From Phaeosaccion multiseriatum (taxonomy: Eukaryota; Protista; Ochrophyta, other classes): a stretch of DNA of 64,000 nucleotides. Positions within the stretch are counted from its first letter, which is position 1; the number at the start of each line of letters is the position of its first letter. Made by a program: the position numbers and the translations under genes. The stretch covers positions 1-64,000 of the forward strand of contig OZ218953.1 in NCBI GenBank assembly GCA_965112735.1, in the 5' to 3' direction. Shown here in pieces: positions 30,740-44,499 of the stretch. The notes below the pieces were generated by a model. It saw only the letters and a program-made list of their open reading frames with translations, did not search any database and had not been told where the DNA came from.

Positions 30740-31402
30740 AGCCTACCGTACAGGTGCCCCCGGGGGAGGGGAGGGGCGGCCACGGCCGGGCGGGGAGCTG
30801 TCAACAGGAGCTGTGAGTAGGAGCTGTGTATAATCGTGACTCAAGCGTAGGCACCTCCCTCGTGTTGCCACTGCTAAGGAACTCTTTATTTTTATACACA
30901 AGCTTGCGCAGGAGGCAGCTGAGCGTTTCAGCGTTTCAGCAGCTTCCTTATCGTTCCTCCCTCGCATTGCCCCCTTGAATCCCGCCCCTGCGCCCCTGCC
31001 CCGCTCTCCCAAGCTATCCCGCCCGCCTCGGCCCTCCCTCAGCCCCTGCCCTCTGCTGCCATCTGGGCTCCCATCTGGCATGTACACCTCTTGGGCTCCT
31101 CCTGGGCTCAGGCCTGGTACTGCTTGGGAATGGTCTGCTTCTTGCCCCTGAACTTTGCGTTCTCCTCTTTTGCGCAGCGGTACAGGTAGTACCTGAGTGG
31201 TAAGTAACAGGGGACGGGAGGGTTCTCGGGTCAGCGGCGGCGTTGTGGGCTGCGATTGAATGGTTTCATCTATTTGCATCTCTACAGTTGTAGAGTTGGA
31301 GTGCTTCAGTGGGTTGTTACTCGCGTCAAGCCAAGGCAGAGGCGCTCGATCAGTGGGGGAGGTAGGGAAGGAAAAGGAGAGACGACGAGAGAGAGAGAAG
31401 GG

Positions 31403-31457
<55 letters not shown>

Positions 31458-32050
31458 TCAGACAGTCAGTCAGTCAGTCAGTCAGTCGCACTCAGTCACC
31501 CACGCACTTGAGGTCCGGCGTGGAGGAGGTCTTCCTGTGCTCGTCGTAGCAGCCGTCCAGTGCCGCGAGCACCTGAGGCGATAGCAAGAGGCAAGACCAT
31601 GAGGGAGGGGGGGGGAGGTGAGGCACTAAATGCTCTGGGCCCGTCTGCCTCCTAGTGACAAGCAGGGATAGATGTATGCTTCCTAGTAACAAGCAGGGAT
31701 AGCTGTCTCTGTCTGATATGTTTCCCTCTCTCCCTCCCACCTTGTTGGCGTTCGCCGGCCGCGATCCCGTCTTTTGGTACTCCAGCACCGAGTCCAGCAC
31801 CGCCTGCAGCTCCTGATCGCAAGGCGCCCTGAAGCACATGTTTACACAGATGCACGCACACGAGACTGTTCAGAGCACAAGCACCCCGCTCCCGTGCTGC
31901 GTGTATTGGCCCTGCGTACCTGTTTCTCTTGGGCAGGACGTAGCGGAGGTCCTTTCTCCGCACCCTGCTCTGCACCACGCTCGCCCGCTTCCACGTGTTT
32001 CGATGCATGGCCATGCTAAAGCGGTCCATGCTGCCGCTGCTGCCCTTCAG
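30740..32050 (-). CDS. Hypothetical multi-exon protein (boundaries uncertain)
   Basis: Splice-bounded coding-like segments MDRFSMAMHRNTWKRAS..., APCDQELQAVLDSVLEYQKTG..., VLAALDGCYDEHRKT.... Confidence 0.4.
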
Positions 32051-32452
32051 GCCAACAAGTGAGAGGGGATGATCGAGAGAGGGAGAGAGGAGCGGAAGGA
32101 GAGAAACTGAAACGGAAATTGTTTTTCCCTCCGAGCTTTGCTTGCGCACTGTTTGTTTCGATAAGGTGCGCAGATATCGTCTTTCCTCCCCCCCCCGGTG
32201 CTCTTGTGCCTCCTGCTACTGCCACAGAAGAATTGCGCTTGTGGAAGCCCAAGACTTGGGGAGAAAGAGAGAGAGAACGCAAGTAGAGAACTTGGTGCGA
32301 TGGGAAGGGACAGCTTCCCTTCCAGCGGGTGGACGGCGTAGCGCTCTGAGCAAGGCAAGCTTGCTCAAGCTTGTTCAGAAGGAGGATGAATCGGCCCATG
32401 TTGCCCTTGGGGGTGTGAAGAGATAAGCTAACCCTTGAAAGGGTTGTCCGCT

Positions 32453-32671
32453 ATGGCGAGCACTGGAGGAGGGGGAGCTGGCGGAGGAGGAGGCAGTGGC
32501 GGCAAGACCTCCTTCTTTCAGGTCTGGTGGACGCAACTCTGTGCCTCTGACCCCGCCAAACAATCAAGGGGGGGGAGGAAGGGGGCAATCAATCGCATGG
32601 TTGGAAAAAGGGGCGTTTGTTGGTTGGCGTTTTTTTGTGGTCCCCACACAGCACACCTGTCCCACCCAATG

Positions 32672-32703
<32 letters not shown>

Positions 32704-35700
32704 TTCTCTCATGACCTATTCGGGCCGAGCAGACGCTGGCGGGAGTCGCCGGCTCAAGCGGCCCCAATGCTTCCACATTAAGCGCCCTCACCAGCACACT
32801 CTCCTTCGACTTGTTCGGCGAGACGTTCCACACGTGAGTCTTGGCACGCAGTGGCAGAGCCAAGCGTGTGTGTCGCCCTCTCTCGCAGCACTTTCCTCCA
32901 GTTCTTCATCTACTCCCACGCTGCCCGGAATGGTGCAGCTGACGATCCTCCTCCCTCTCCCTCCCTCTCTCCCTCCCTCCCTCCTCCCTCCTCTCTCGGC
33001 AGCAGCAGCATGAGGGACGGAGAGCCGCGGCACCCGCGCTGGCCCGCAGCCAACAAGTTCGCGGAGGCAGCCAAGGTTAGGGTTAGGGTTTGGGTTAGGG
33101 CAGCCAAGGTTAGAGGGGAGGGGCGGAGCGAGAGGAGAGCTTGGCTGTGAGGGCTTTGGCTGCCCACTGCCCAGGAGGGGACGTACTTTATTGACTTATT
33201 GACTTGTACGAGGGGCTGTGGTGGTGCTCTCATGCTAAGGCCCTTCCTTCCCTTCCCTGCTAACGCGTGTGAACTGTGTGATATGACGTGACAGGTCTTC
33301 TTTCCGGAGCTCTCTTTGTCAGCGGTGCGCTTTCTCCCCAGGGAGGCGCTGTTGAGCAGCAGGGGCAACGACAAGGGCAACGAAGGGAAGGCCGAAGACG
33401 GCAGGTACGCAGAGCGTGCAGGGGGGTGGACAAGCGACCCTGCAATGCACAGCCTCATCCTTCCCCTCACTCACTCACTCACTCACTCGCTGGCAGGGGC
33501 TTGGAGAGCTTCCCCAGCTACGCCTCTGTGGCCTCGCAGCTCAAGTCAGCCCAGTGGGTGGCGGCCAAGGCCCCGCAGGTCAGTAACGGCAAAGGAGGTC
33601 TGTAGACAGGGGAAGGGCGCTGCAGTGGAGTGAAGAGAGGGGAGGGAAGAGAGGGGAGTGAAGAGAGTGGAGTGAAGAGAGGGGAGGGAAGAGAGGGGAG
33701 TGAAGAGAGGGGAGGGAAGAGAGGGGAGTGACGAGAGACGAGAGAGGAGGGAAGAGAGGAGAGGGAAGAGAGTGGAGTGAAGAGAGAGGAGGGAAGAGAG
33801 GGGAGTGACGAGAGAAGAGAGAGGAGGGAAGAGAGGAGAGGGAAGAGAGGGGAGGGAAGAGAGTGGAGTGAAGAGAGGGGAGGGAAGAGAGGGAATTGAA
33901 GAGAGTGAAATGAAGAGAGGGGAGGAGAGTGGAGGGAAGAGAGTGAAGTCAAGAGAGGGGAGGAGAGGGGAGGGAAGAGAGTGAAGTCAAGAGAGGGGAG
34001 GAGAGGGGAGGGAAGAGAGTGAAGTCAAGAGAGGCATGGCCTCCCTCCCCCTGCCTTCATCCACTGCCATCCCCCCCCGCTCCCCAGGCTCGGCTTCTGT
34101 ACATTTCCTTTCTGCCTGACGGGCACGAGGAGGACAGCCCCGCTCCTACTGAGGGCTCTGGACAAGGCCAGGCTCCAGACGGCTCAGGCTCAGCCAGTCC
34201 ATACACCGCACAGCCACAGAGTGGGGGGCGGGGGGGGAGCAGCAAGAGGAGCTGGTTCAAGAGAGACAGCGACGCACATGGGTGAGACTGAGTATGCAGC
34301 TGAGAGTAGTGGTCAGGGGGGGGTGAGACTGAGTATGCGGCTGAGAGTAGTGGTCAGGGGGGGGTGAGACTGAGTATGCGGCTGAGAGTAGTGGTCAGGG
34401 GGGGGTGAGGGTGAGGCCCAAGCACATTGGCTATGCACTTGCTCTCTGTCCAACAACAAGCACATTGGCAATGCACTTGCTCTCTGTCCAACAACAAGCA
34501 CATTGGCAATGCACTTGCTCTCTGTCCAACAACAAGCACATTGGCAATGCACTTGCTCTCTGTCCAACAACAAGCACATTGGCAATGCACTTGCTCTCTG
34601 TCCAACAACAAGCACATTGGCTATGCACTTGCTCTCTGGGGTGGACAGAGAGGAGGATAGATAGTCCCGCGTTCTGAGCGCACTGATCTGATGTGTCTCA
34701 CTCTAATCTGATGGGTCTCACTCTAATCTGATGGGTCTCACTCTAATCTGATGGGTCTCACTCTAATCTGATGGGTCTCCCCCCCCCCCCGCCCGTCGCT
34801 CCGTCGCAGCGCGAAGGAGGGGGCTGCAGGAGGCGCCACGGCCTTGGAGGCGTCAGAGGCGGCATTCAGCAAGAGCGGCGGCAAGGGGGGCAGCAGCAGC
34901 ATCAAGGGCAGCAGCAGCAGCAGCAGCAGCAGCAAGAGTGAGCAGAGGTGAGTGAAACAAACGGGCGGACAGGGGCGGAGGGCGGCGCTCACTGATTGAT
35001 GCGAAAGAGCCAAGGAGAGGCCCTCCACGCCTCTTGTCGAGGATGGCAGTGGATGTCCAGGACCTCTGAGCACGAACGGCCGGAGACTTTGGTGCTGCTG
35101 ACTCACCTCCCCTCTCGCCTCTCCATCTGTGCGCTGTGCTCTGCGTTGTGTCCTGTGTGTCCCAGGGCCCCCCCCCCCCGGCGGAGGAGCTCTAGCTACA
35201 GTTACTCGAGCTACAGCTACGGCTACGGCCACAATTCACAAGGCCCTGTCACGGCTCAGCACAACGTGAGAGTCGTGCAGGACTTCCTGCGCAAACACGA
35301 GGTCCGTCTCTGCCTACCGTCTGCTGCCATCTGTCTCTGGCCCTACCGTCTGCTGCCATCTGTCTCTGGCCCTACCGCCTGCTGCCATCTGCGGCCATCC
35401 CCCCCCCCCCAAAGCTGCGGGTTTCGTCTGTGGTGGACTGACGAGGCTCCTTCCGTCCACTGCCATCCCCTTCCGTGTCCCCTCCTCTGCTCTGCTCTGC
35501 TCTGCCCTGTGCCTGGTGTGGTGTCAGGACGTTGCCTTCGTGTGGGTGCGCACGTGTTGCTTGCCCTCTGCGCACGAGGGAGGGGCGGCGAGTCGGTGGC
35601 AGGTAAGAAACTGATGGTACAGCAATTGGTGATACACATGGAGATGTTTCTACGCTTCTTATCGACGCGACTGACCGCTTCTCCCCCTGTCACTGCCTTT

Positions 35701-38700
35701 CATGCTGAAACTCACACCGAAAGTCATACTGACACTCACACTGCCACCCACCCCATTCTTTGCAGCTCGACACAGAGGGACCCCTGCCTGTACCGCCGGG
35801 AGGAGGAGGAGGAGGAGAAGGGGGGGGCTCCTTGCCAAAGCCGCCCTTCCCTCGGGGGGTCAGCGTGACGGGCAACGCGCACCCCTCCGCACTGATGCTG
35901 TGCGACTCTCTCCTCCTCATCCCTCCCGTGGGGCTCACCAGAAGCGAGGTCAGGGTTAGAGGAGGCGCTTCACTGACTTACGGGCCTCACTCACCTCAGT
36001 CGCTGTCCCCCTCTCTCTGTCCTTGGCTTGTTCAGAGGAGCGCCTACTTGAGCCAATCGAACCCTCCCAGGCTGGCGAGGATCTCCCCTTCGCACAGCAG
36101 CTCGGTGAGAGAGGCAGGGGAATTGTCGAGCGGCTGTGGCTGCCTGCTTGACACGGCTGTGGCTGCCTGCTTGACACGGCTGTGGCTGCCTGCTTGACAC
36201 GGCTGTGTCTGCTTGTTCTTCCCAAAGCTTCCCAAGCACTGCTTACATGCACCATGGATCTGAGAGGGGCAGAGGGGCAGAGGGGCACCCAAAGAATCGT
36301 TGAATGGGCCGCCCATCCAACCCCCCGTGCAATGCGTGTCTCACTGATGCGTGTCTCACTGAGAGAGTGTCCCCCCCTCCCCCCTCCCCTCCCCCCTCCT
36401 TCTTGTTGAGCTCAGTCCCACCACGCGCCGCCCCCCCTGGCCTTCACTGACGTGGGTCGTTTAATGGCACACCCGTGGAGGTGTTTAGAAATGGCAGTGG
36501 CCATCGCAGCGGGTACTGTACGAAGAGAGGAGAGGAGTGGAGGCGCAGGAGCAGCAAAGAGGCCCCGCACGACTCCCTCTCTCCCTCTCACACTTCTCGT
36601 CTGTTTGCCCTTCTCCCTCTCTCTCTCTCTCTTGTTTCTCGTCTCTTTTTCTCGCCCCCTCTCTCTCGTCTCTCTCTGACGACACAAAAGGGGTGCACAC
36701 GTATGTGCACTTGGGCTGCGGCGGCTCTTCTCACCGCGGGCATATGGGCCAGAAGGGGTATATGGCCAACTCGCTCTTTCAGGACTTCCCCTTCCCGGGC
36801 AGCGACAAAAGCAAGCCCAAGGGAGCTGCGGCGCAGGTGAGGGGGAGAGGGGGGGGTTTCCGCAGCGCCGCTCTCTGCCCATATGATTCTGCACTACCTG
36901 TATTCTGCCTGTCTGTCTGTCTGTCTGTATGTCTGTATGTCTGCCTGTCTGCCTGTCTGCCTGTCTGCCTGTCTGCCTGTCTGCCTGTCTGCCTCCCGGT
37001 GGAGGGGCCAAACTAACGCCCACCGCCCTGCTCCCCCTTTCCCTTCCCTTCCCCGTGACCTTGCCCTCCCCAGAGTCCTGTCAAGAGTCCTGCCAAGGAG
37101 AAGGAGAGGGAAGCCCAGCCCAGGGGGGACGCACAAACCAGGGGGGGGGCTCCAGGGGGGGGCGAGAGCGGCGCCGCTATCGCCGTGGCCTCTGCGAACG
37201 AACTGCGAGAGCGGTTAGGGGTGGCCTTCGCAGGGGGGGGGAGCGCAGGGGGGGGCAGCGGCAGGGGCAGCAGCAGCAGCAGGGGCAGCAGCAGACACTC
37301 CAGCAACAGCGGCGGCGGCATTGGATCTGTCGGGGGCAGCAGCAGGGGCAGCGGTGCCCTCAAGGAGGGAGGGGGTAGCAGTAGCAGGTACTCTAGCAGG
37401 GGCAGCAGTAGCGGCAGCAGCAGACACTCCAGCAACAGCGGGGGCATCAAGGAGGGCGGGGGAAGCAGCAGTAGACACTCCAGCAACAGCGGGGGCATGA
37501 CGGAGGGGGGGGGGGGCGTGAGGGGCAGTGGCAGTGGCAGTGGCGGTATTGCATCCGTCAGAACCGGCAGCGGCGCCATTGCTCCGGTGAGGGGCAACAG
37601 CAGATACTCGAGCAGCAACAGCACCAGCACCAGGTACTTGAGCAGCGGTAGCAGACAGTCGGAAACGTCACAGGTGAGCCTCCCTACCATATCCTACCTT
37701 ATCCTACCTTATCCTATCTTATCCTACCTTATCCTACCCTGTCCTACCTTATCCTACCCTGTCCTACCTTATCCTACCTTATCCTATCTTATCGTACCTT
37801 ATCCTACCTTATCCTACCTTATCCTACCCTGTCCTACCTTATCCTACCTTATCCTACCCTGTCCTACCTTATCCTACCTTATCCTACCTTATCCTACCCT
37901 GTCCTACCCTGTCCTACCTTATCCTACCTTATCCTACCTTATCCTACCCTGTCCTACCTTATCCTACCTTATCCTACCTTATCCTACCCTGTCCTACCCT
38001 GTCCTACCTTATCCTACCTTATCCTACCTTATCCTACCCTGTCCTACCTTATCCTACCTTATCCTACCTTATCCTACCTTATCCTACCCTGTCCTACCTT
38101 ATCCTACCTTATCCTACCTTATCCTACCCTGTCCTACCCTGTCCTACCTTATCCTACCTTATCCTACCTTATCCTACCCTGTCCTACCTTATCCTACCTT
38201 ATCCTACCTTATCCTACCTTATCCTACCCTGTCCTACCTTATCCTACCTTATCCTACCTTATCCTACCTTATCCTACCCTGTCCTACCTTATCCTACCTT
38301 ATCCTACCTTATCCTACCACCCACCCTGTCCTACCTTATGCTACCTTATCCTACCCTGTCCTACCCTGCGCCCTGCACTCGACTGAAGAGGAGAGAAGTG
38401 TCCCTTTTCTCACCTTCATTAAGGAAGTGCTAAGCCGACAACGCACCGCCTCCGTCCCTCCATCCCTCCGTTCCGCGTGTGCCCATCCTCGCTTGCTTGC
38501 TTTGCTTGCATTGCTTGCTTGGCAGGCGTCGGACCAGTCGGAGAGCGACTCGCCGGGGGGGGGCAGGATAGCCCCAACGGCCGGCAGGACAACCCCCAGG
38601 GGGGAAAGGACAACCCCGGGGGGAGGCAGGACAGCAGTCACTGCCACACCCACAGCCACAGCCATCGCCACAGCCACCACAGCCACAGCAGTTGGTCATA

Positions 38701-40348
38701 CAGCCACAGCCACAGCCTTGGCAGTTGCTCATCCAGCCGTGCCTTCGGCAGGCACTGCTCCCACCGCCACTGCGGTGCCCATATGCCTGCCCGTGTCCCC
38801 GGTGGGTGAGGCGAGTGACGTGCTGACAGCAAGAGCTCTGGCGATGCTGGAGAGGGGACTCATGGAGGCAATGGACAAGCTCGGCAGGGAGGAGGAGGGG
38901 GAGGAGGTAAGGGCACGCATGCATGTTGGAGGCGTATGCGTATTAGACGCAAGGCCTCTGTTCTGTATGTCTGCCCGTCAGGGGCCTTAAGGGGCATTTG
39001 GCCTTGAGGGGCCTTTCTCACCACGCTTCACCTTAACCTCCCTTGCCGCTGTGCACCCCCCACCCCCCCGTGCCATTCCGTGTCATGCCGCGGCAGTCCT
39101 TGGACTCGTCTGCTGCCTTCCGCCCGCTCCCCTTGGAGGTGGCAGACAAGTGGCAGGGGCTGCTTTTGCCCGCACAGGTCCTTGGGGCCATTCGAGCAGA
39201 TGTGGAGAGGTGAGAGGGAGAGAGAGAGGAGCGTGCCCCTGCCCCACAGCCCTCCCTTGGCAGCGGTGGTGCCCAGCCGCCTCCCTCCATCCACTGCCAT
39301 CCCCCCCCTTGGCAAAGGACCTTTACGCCGAGCCTTTACGCCGAGCGCCGAGTACCGCCTCCCTCCCTCCCTCCCTCCCTCCCGCTCCTCGTGTCGATCT
39401 CTGTCCATATCTTACCCACCTCCCTCTCTCCCTCTCTCCCTTTCGCCCCTTGCCTTTCGCCGTGCCTACTCTCTGTGCCTCTCTCTCCTGTGCCTCTCTG
39501 TGTTTCTCTCTTTCGCTCTTTCTCTCTCTATCTCCTGTGCCCTCTGCCGTCCACTGCCATACGCCCCCCCCCCCCCCTTTAGGTTCGTGGAGGCGGACGG
39601 CGCTCTGAAGCAGGCGCTGTGCACGCTGTCCCTCAGCTCTAGTCAGGCAGAGGAAAACCTCAAGGTACGTCCCCTGCCATCCACTGCCATCTACTACCAC
39701 GCTATCTCTGTGTGTGTGTTGCTTGGCGACGACTCTTGCTCTCCTCCCCTCCCCCTCCCCCACTCGCCATTGATTCTGGGCCACTGCCTCCCCTCCCCTT
39801 TGCTGCAGTGCTGGAGAATCGCGCAGCGCCTGGAGATGGAGGGCCCTCTTGCGAGTGGGGGGGCGGGGCATCAGGCCAAGGCCAAGGCAGTGGCAGTAGC
39901 TGTGGCGGTAGCTGCGCAGCAAGGAGGGGGCGAAGGAGGAGGAGGTGGCGGGCCATTATCATCGTCATCGTCATCGTCATTGTCAGGCTCTTTTCGACAC
40001 TCATCGTCATCGTCAGGCTCTTTTCGACACACGGCAAGTGGGGCCCTGCTGGAGGAGAGCTTTTCGCTGGAGGAGGACGACGAAATCATGGAGGAGGTGT
40101 TGGAGTGGAGGGCGAGGCAGCGCAACGGACTCAATCGCCTTGCCGTCGTCAGTCTCCTTTGCTTCGCCACCGCACATCAGGTAACTCGGGGGGGGGGGGA
40201 GGGCCGCAAGCACACGCACACGCACACTTTGCCGGACATTCTCTCTGACATTCCCTCCGACATTCTCTCTGTGCGGCGGACGGCCAATGAATTGTCAAAT
40301 TTTGTCGACTTTCCATCTATCTGACAGCGTCCCCCCCCCCCCCTGGGT

Positions 40349-40381
<33 letters not shown>

Positions 40382-40422
40382 GTCTGTGTATCTGTCTGTG
40401 TGTCTATCTGTCTGTCTGTCTA

Positions 40423-40461
<39 letters not shown>

Positions 40462-43332
40462 GTCTATCTGTCTGTCTGTCTGTCTATCTGTCTGTCTGTG
40501 TATCTGTCTGTCTATCTGTCTGTCTATCTGTCTGTCTATCTGTCTGTCTGTCTATCTGTCTATCTGTCTGTCTGTCTATCTGTCTGTCTATCTGTCTATC
40601 TGTCTATCTGTCTGTCTATCTGTCTGTCTATCTGTCTATCTGTCTGTCTATCTGTCTGTCTGTGTATCTGTCTGTCTGTGTATCTGTCTGTCTGTCTATC
40701 TGTCTGTCTGTGTGTCTGTCTGTCTGTCTATCTGTCTGTCTATCTGTCTATCTGTCTGTCTGTCTGTCTGTCGGTGTGTGTATCCCCTCTGATGGCGTGC
40801 AGAGCGGCCACGTGTGGTGTGGGCAAGACTACGACCCTCGGGGGGGGGGGACAGAGCCCAAGGCAAAGGCCAAGGCAAAGGGGGCAACAAGGTACTTGAT
40901 ACCCTCTCTTAAGCCTCTTGTGACTGGTGTCTGACTGGTGCCTGACTGGTGTCTGACTGGTGCCTGACTGGTGTCTGACTGGTGCCTGACTGGTGTCTGA
41001 CTGTTGTATGACTCGTTGTGACTCCCGCTTGTGTAACGTCATGCCCACAGGCCGGACACCTTCGCTCCTCAGCTGCTCGGAGAGTCCGTCACGAGGCTCA
41101 AGAACGACGAGCAGTTCTCCTTCGGAAGGTACGGTACGCGGGTACCGCTCGCACCGCCTTTCTAGCCCTTTCTAGCTACGGCCTGCCCCTGCTCACTGCC
41201 ATCCACTGCCATCCTCCCCCCCCCCCCCCCTGGGTAGGTACGACAACGAGGCAGTGTCTCTGCACCTGGACCTGTGGATGAAGGACATCGGTATGGGCGA
41301 CCTTGACAGACTCAGAAAGGTGAGGGGCATTGTAGTTTGTAGGGGGGAAGGAGCAGAGCCCCTCCTCACTTGCCCCTTCTCTTCTCTTCTCCTCGGCCTC
41401 CGAGGCGTTCCTGTCTAAGCCGTTCCCTTTGGCCTCTCTCTCCCCGCTCCGCTCTCTCTAGTACTTCACCGCCAAGAGGTCCCGTGCACTCAGCCTCAAG
41501 AAGATGCACAAGCTCACAGGCAAGTAGGAGGGGAGGGGAGGGGAGGGGAGGGGAGGGGAGGGGAGGGGAGGCTCTCCCTTAAATGGGTCTTGAGTGGGCC
41601 ACTGTGGGAGACCCCTTTCTGACCCCCCCTTCCTCCCTCTCTTTCCCTCCAGTGGGCAGTAACCACACCGGCGGACAGGGCGTGCGCGAGCTTGTCATGG
41701 CCATGCCCTTTCTCAAGGTAAGCAAGGCCCTACCTACACGGTATGGATGCACCGTACCAGTCGTGCCCTCACGCACATGCACTGATGCACCTTGACCACC
41801 CTCTTGACCCCCCTCAGGTGCTGGAGCTTGAGTGGGAGGGCATCAGGGACGTGGGCTTTGTGTGCTCCCTCCTCACCACTCACGACCACCTTCGGAAGCT
41901 CAACCTCACGCATAACTCAGTGGACGAGACAGGCGCGGCCCGGCTCGCACAGGCTCTGTCCCAGTGAGTAATGGCCCCTCCCCTCCGCTCTCTCTGTTCC
42001 TCGGGCGAGGGTGGGTCTTGGGGTGGGTCTTGTTGTCACAGGAGAGGGGCTCTGATACTGTCTCAGGCCAGGCAGGACCAGACAGGACAGGACCAGACAG
42101 GACAGGTCCAGGCAGGAACAGGCAGGAACAGCAGCATCAGCATCACCATCACCATCACTATCTGGGACGGTGTGCTCCCCTCAGCCCCTGTCCCTCTCCC
42201 TCCCGCTTCTTCTGCTGCTGTCGCGTGTACGTGCCTGGCTGCTCAGGAGCAAGAGCCTTGTGGAGCTGGACCTGCGCGAGAACTGCATCGGGCCCAGGGG
42301 GATGGAGCAAGTCGCTAATGCCGCATGCAGCTGCACGTCACTGCGCCTGCTGCACTGCCAGGACAATCGGGTGAGGGGGACAGGGAATCAGAGGGGGGGG
42401 GATGGAGGGAGGGAGGTGCGCCTATCGCAGCCGAAGCTTCTCGGTCAGACGTACCCTCCGTCCCCCGGCCTGCGCTACCGGCCTGCGCTAACAACCTCTC
42501 TGGACATACATACATACATACATACATACGCCCCCCTCCCTCCTCCTCCTTCTCCGCTCTGGAGGTGGGCGACGATGGAGCCATCGCATGCACAGAGGCC
42601 CTGATGCGCAGCTCCTCGCTGTCCTCCATCGGGCTGGACGGGAACGGCATCTCAGACGAGGGTGGCAAGGTGCTGTGCGCTGCCATCCAGAACAGCTCTG
42701 TCCTGGCAAAGATGAGCCTCACGCGCAATGACTTCAGCCCAGAGCTCAAGGTGAGGGCAGGGCAGGCTCAAGGAGGTGTCTGTTGCCATCTGTTGTGTTT
42801 CTCTGCTTCGGCCGTACTTGCACCCGCCTACTCGGACTCCTCCACTCCTCTCTTCTTCCGCCCCTGTCTCTTGGTTTTGACCGCTTCCCCTCCTCTCTAC
42901 GTGCCTGCCCTGCCTGCCCTCTCTCATCGGTCGATCGATCGATCCATCAGGAGCTGTTGATGGAGGCATGGGTGAAGCGCGGCATCACGCGCAGCTGGGC
43001 AGACGAGGAGCAGGAGCAGCAAGAGCAAGCCGCCGCCATGGAGAGCAAGAGGTGCGGTGCATTAACACCATAATCCCCCTCTCACTGCCCACTGTGCCCT
43101 ACTGCTTGCGCTCTGCTGTTTGCACCCCTCTTCTTTTGGTACTTGGTACTGTACCAGAGTATGGTACCAGAGTATGGTACCAGAGTATGGTACCAGAGTA
43201 TGGTACCAGAGTATGGTACCAGAGTATGGTACCAGAGTATGGTACCAGAGTATGGTACCAGAGTATGGTACCAGAGTATGGTACCAGAGTATGGTACAGA
43301 GTATGCGGCACCGCTGCCGCTCATCTCAAACA

Positions 43333-43389
<57 letters not shown>

Positions 43390-43921
43390 GTGTGTGTGCA
43401 GGTTGACAAGCAGGTTGGGAGGCGCTGACGCCAAGATGGGCGTCATCATGTCTCCCGTGTCCAAATCGAGCAGAGGGAGGGGGAGGGGGGCAGGGGGCGG
43501 AGGGGCGGCGGGCGGGGGGGGTGCGAGGGGCGCCGGGGGGGTAGACACACACACAGCGAGATTTGGTAGCGGCCACGATCCTGACGATGACTTGGAGAGA
43601 GAATTCAGCTTCTCGAACGTAACGGACGGGGGAGAGGGGGGCGACGCGACTGGCGCTCCGGGGGATGAAGAGGATGAGGTCAGCGTGTACAGCTTCTCAA
43701 ACAACCTCGCCGAGGAGGAGGAGGAGGAAGAGGAGGAGGAGGATGGGGAGCTGGAGATGCAGGGGGGGGGCTTCGAGGACGACGATGAGGACGAATCGGA
43801 GTCAGAGTCGGAGGATTCAGAGGATTCGGAGAATTCAGAGGATTCGGGGGATTCAGAGGATTCGCAGGGGGGGGTGGAATCGGGCGGCAGCTCGCTAGCG
43901 CCAGGGCAGTCCGGCGAGTAG
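32453..43921 (+). CDS. Divergent HET/TIR-like domain + RI-type LRR protein with low-complexity insertions (>20 exons)
   Basis: LRR exons at 41240-42750 (LRKLNLTHNSVDETGAARLAQAL, LVELDLRENCIGPRGM, IGLDGNGISDEGGKVLC). Upstream exons ARLLYISF, VRVVQDFLRKHE, DVAFVWVRTCCLP, PSALMLCDSLLLIP and HPWRCLE align with the HET-like motifs of the 56199-62031 gene. Acidic tail; TAG at 43919-43921. Confidence 0.7.
33625..34780. repeat. Intronic minisatellites: GA-rich array (33625-34032), 41-bp x3 (34282-34405), 38-bp x~5.5 (34421-34638), 20-bp x~4 (34690-34777)
   Basis: Unit lengths read directly from the sequence. Confidence 0.9.
37689..38368. repeat. 10-bp satellite (ATCCTACCTT / GTCCTACCCT)n in intron
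   Basis: Direct reading; begins just after the donor CAG|gtgagc at ~37673. Confidence 0.95.
40350..40771. repeat. (TCTG/TCTA)n intronic microsatellite
   Basis: Direct reading. Confidence 0.95.
43150..43303. repeat. 13-bp minisatellite (GTACCAGAGTATG)n in intron
   Basis: Direct reading. Confidence 0.95.
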
Positions 43922-44499
43922 TCGGAGGAGGGGGGTGGTGTTGGCCATGCACCACAAACTCAAACTAATCCACAAATGTTTCATTTTTAGAATATGGGTT
44001 TTATAACGGAAAGTCTCGATCAACCTCAAGCGTCGATGGAGAATGGAGATGGAGGCGGCACTGGAGGTCCGTCTCCTTGTGCTTCCCTCGCGCGTCCCTC
44101 GCGCGTCCTGCCCATCGATGGAGGTGCGGCAAGGAGGTAACGTGTCGGCAGCACAGGGCAGTGTGGAGTGGTGTGGTGTGGTGTGGTGTGTGTAGCAGCA
44201 CGGCACTTTCCCCCCTTCAGCTCATTGCCATCGCTCTCTGCCGCTCGCTGCAGGCCCCAGGCAGGAAGAACAGGCATGCATGCAGCCCAAAGGATGGTAC
44301 AGTAGAGCGTGGTAGATGGCAGTCTGTGGATGGTGCCGGAGGGATGGTAGAGGGTGGTGAAAGATGGATGGATGGTGGTAGAGTGGAGGGTCTAAGATGG
44401 CAGTCTGTGGATGGTGGTAGAGTGGAGGGTCTAAGACGGCAGTGTGTGGATGTTGGTAGAGTGGAGGGTCTAAGATGGCAGTGTGTGGATGGTGAGGGT

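Noticed and set aside
34421-34638. 38-bp repeats of CRISPR-like length
   Set aside because: Head-to-tail with no spacers, inside a eukaryotic intron, and no cas genes.
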